The position numbers were made by a program, and so were the translations under genes. Shown here in pieces: positions 32,266 through 34,646 of a stretch of 34,646 nucleotides of DNA. Position 1 is the stretch's first letter; the number at the start of each line of letters is the position of its first letter. The stretch covers positions 8,665 through 43,310 of the forward strand of contig NW_025214783.1 in assembly GCF_004010195.1 (NCBI RefSeq). The letters are read 5' to 3'. Under the pieces are notes generated by a model. The model had not been told where the DNA came from and did not search any database. It worked only from the letters and a program-made list of their open reading frames with translations. This DNA is from Chiloscyllium plagiosum. Lineage: Eukaryota.

Positions 32266-32780
32266 TGTCNNNNNNNNNNNNNNNNNNNNNNNNNNNNNNN
32301 NNNNNNNNNNNNNNNNNNNNNNNNNNNNNNNNNNNNNNNNNNNNNNNNNNNNNNNNNNNNNNNNNNNNNNNNNNNNNNNNNNNNNNNNNNNNNNNNNNNN
32401 NNNNNNNNNNNNNNNNNNNNNNNNNNNNNNNNNNNNNNNNNNNNNNNNNNNNNNNNNNNNNNNNNNNNNNNNNNNNNNNNNNNNNNNNNNNNNNNNNNNN
32501 NNNNNNNNNNNNNNNNNNNNNNNNNNNNNNNNNNNNNNNNNNNNNNNNNNNNNNNNNNNNNNNNNNNNNNNNNNNNNNNNNNNNNNNNNNNNNNNNNNNN
32601 NNNNNNNNNNNNNNNNNNNNNNNNNNNNNNNNNNNNNNNNNNNNNNNNNNNNNNNNNNNNNNNNNNNNNNNNNNNNNNNNNNNNNNNNNNNNNNNNNNNN
32701 NNNNNNNNNNNNNNNNNNNNNNNNNNNNNNNNNNNNNNNNNNNNNNNNNNNNNNNNNNNNNNNNNNNNNNNNNNNNNNNN

Positions 32781-33540
32781 GGCCAAGGGGGCTGAGAGAT
32801 AAATGGGAAGGGGGTGCGGCAGGAGGGAGGTAGCTGGGATTGCGATAGGTAGATGAAGGTGGGGTTGAAAGTGATAGTCGGAGAGGAAGGAGGATGGACC
32901 AGATTGATAGGGAGGAAGGTGGACATATAGGAACATTCAAAAGGGCGGTGCTGATTTGGAAGTTTGGAGTAGGATAAGGTGGGATTAGGGGAATTGGGGA
33001 AATGGGGAAATCCACTATGATCCCCTGTGGTTGGAGGGTTCCAAGGCAGAAGAAGAGGCTTTCTTCCTCCAGGCTTCTGGTGGCTCGGGTTTGGCGATGG
33101 AGCAGGCCCAGAACCCTCATGTCCTTGGCAGAGTGGGAAGGGGAATTGATGTGCTCAGCCACAAGATGATGGATTTGTTCAATGTGGTTGTCCCAGAGGT
33201 GTTCTCTGAAATGATCCACAAGTTGATCTCCTGCTTCGCCAATGTAGAGAAAACCACATTGGGTTTAATGGATGCTGTAGATGAGGCGTTCTGTCTCCCT
33301 TCGTCACCTATCACTTTCAACCCCACCTTCATCTACCAATCGCAATCCCAGCTACCTCCCTCCCGCCGCACCCCCTTCCCATTTATCTCTCAGCCCCCTT
33401 GGCCCAGAAGCTTCATTCCTGATGAAGGGCTGATGCCCGAAACATCGATTTATCTGCTCTTAGTATGCTGCCTGACTGTGCTTTTCCAGCACCACATTCT
33501 TCGACTCTGATCTCCAGCATCTGTAGTCCCCACTTTCTCC
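32781..33540 (-). mobile_element. Penelope-like element 3' fragment with inverted terminal repeat
   Basis: - strand: DHFREHLWD..VAEHINSPSHSAKDMRVLGLLHRQTRATRSLEEESLFFCLGTLQPQGIIVDF (GIY-YIG C-terminal half). 33290-33540 is the 3' UTR/terminus in the + orientation; 32781-32877 is the reverse complement of ~33308-33404. Confidence 0.93.
33415..33450 (+). ncRNA. Minimal type I hammerhead ribozyme motif of PLE terminal repeat
   Basis: AUUC-CUGAUGA-A-GGGC-UGAU-GCCC-GAAA-CA-UC-GAUU. Both catalytic core boxes and stem II are intact; the stem III palindrome ACGU reads ACAU. Confidence 0.75.
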
Positions 33541-34194
33541 TCACACCTTCATGGCTTGCATGACTCAGATTTATAATGGTTACTGCAAATAAAACAAAAA
33601 TTATCTTGTACTGAAACAGCATAAAAGAAAACCAATGCATTGTGGTCACTGTTCCCAAAAGGTCCTTTACAGTAAAATTTTCAATTAGCTCTTCTGATCA
33701 CTCAACACCAATTCCTAAATAACCTGATCTCGAGCTCAGTGCTCGACATAATATTAATATAAACCATCTCACACGTGGTCATGAAATCCATTTTTCCCAG
33801 CATTAGCATTCAATTGGGTTAACACAGTTTAGTTATAATTTAAACAGTACATTATTACTGAAGTACCCACAAATGTGTATACCTCATTTCCTGTTTTATA
33901 GCATGTCCAGCATTTGTATTGCAGCTTTCAATTTGATCTATAACTCCCATCAATGTTTGCTCCTCCTTGCTGTTTTTGCGCTCCACCTTACTAGATTCTG
34001 TGGAATGTGAGCGAAGTGGGCTCTGGGGAGATTAATGGTAGACATCTCTCCCATCATTTATGATCTTCTCCAACTTTAACTTCTCCAGATCTCCCGTTAT
34101 GCTGATGGAGTAGAGAAGGACAATGATCTTCCAACAATGCTCTGTATTCGCCCAGAGAGCTGAGACAGCTCTAACCTGGGTGGGAACTTTACAG

Positions 34195-34460
34195 CAGGCT
34201 GGTAAAGTGTTGCTGCTGATGTACAGAGAGATCACATCTGGAGTAGTGTGTACAGATTTACCCTCTTCTATGAAGAAAGGATGTTGTTATATTGGAAGCA
34301 GCTCAGAGATGGTTCCCTCAACTGATTCCTGCAATGAAGGTGCTCGCTTATAACGAAAGGATGATCAGGTTGACCCAGTAGCCATTGGAGTTTACAAAAA
34401 TTAATGATGATCTTATTTGAACATGGCTGACAGAAGGAGTTAACAAGTGAAGTGAATTAC
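34195..34460 (+). mobile_element. Old CR1 RT C-terminal fragment
   Basis: GTGTTGCTGCTGATGTAC..CACATCTGGAGTAGTGTGTACAG..TTGGAAGCAGCTCAGAGATGGTTC (HLE*CVQ..LEAAQRWF). Confidence 0.7.
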
Positions 34461-34646
34461 ACAGATAATGGAGGAATGCATTTTGTTCTCCAGCCTGTTA
34501 CACAGGAACAACAGCAGGATATTCAGGCCTTCGAACCTGTTACACCAAAACAGAACGAGGCTATTCAACCCCTATATATTTACAGAAGGAGGCCAATCAG
34601 CCACTCGAGCCTATAACAGTAGGCCATGCTGCACCAGTATCCTGTT

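Overview
Eukaryotic, repeat-dominated genomic DNA from a cartilaginous fish. The HE1-type tRNA SINEs and CR1 LINEs are of shark type; a bamboo shark (Chiloscyllium/Hemiscyllium) is my best guess, by recognition only. I can support no intact protein-coding gene. The window holds: a multiply disabled GPR139-like class A GPCR exon (1306-2202, -); two tandem arrays beside it (40 bp and an exact 65 bp register); a decayed, spliced Harbinger Myb/SANT gene; many CR1 and CR1/L2-group LINE fragments; three HE1 SINEs; and a decayed Gmr1-clade Gypsy LTR element with integrase upstream of RT (~14277-20088, -). It also holds seven Penelope-like (PLE) segments of two families, two of which are copies of one insertion. 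Most are fold-back insertions with 10-15 bp target duplications, and they carry minimal hammerhead-ribozyme motifs. Other notable items: a 32-bp micro-inversion in a LINE endonuclease; a non-repeat-like, Cys-rich decayed frame (20712-21146, -) that may be a paramyxovirus-F-like viral envelope remnant (speculative); and a 1.6-kb duplication across an N gap that is probably an assembly artefact. Family assignments come from motif recognition, not database searches. Repeat boundaries are approximate unless a TSD or terminal motif is cited.
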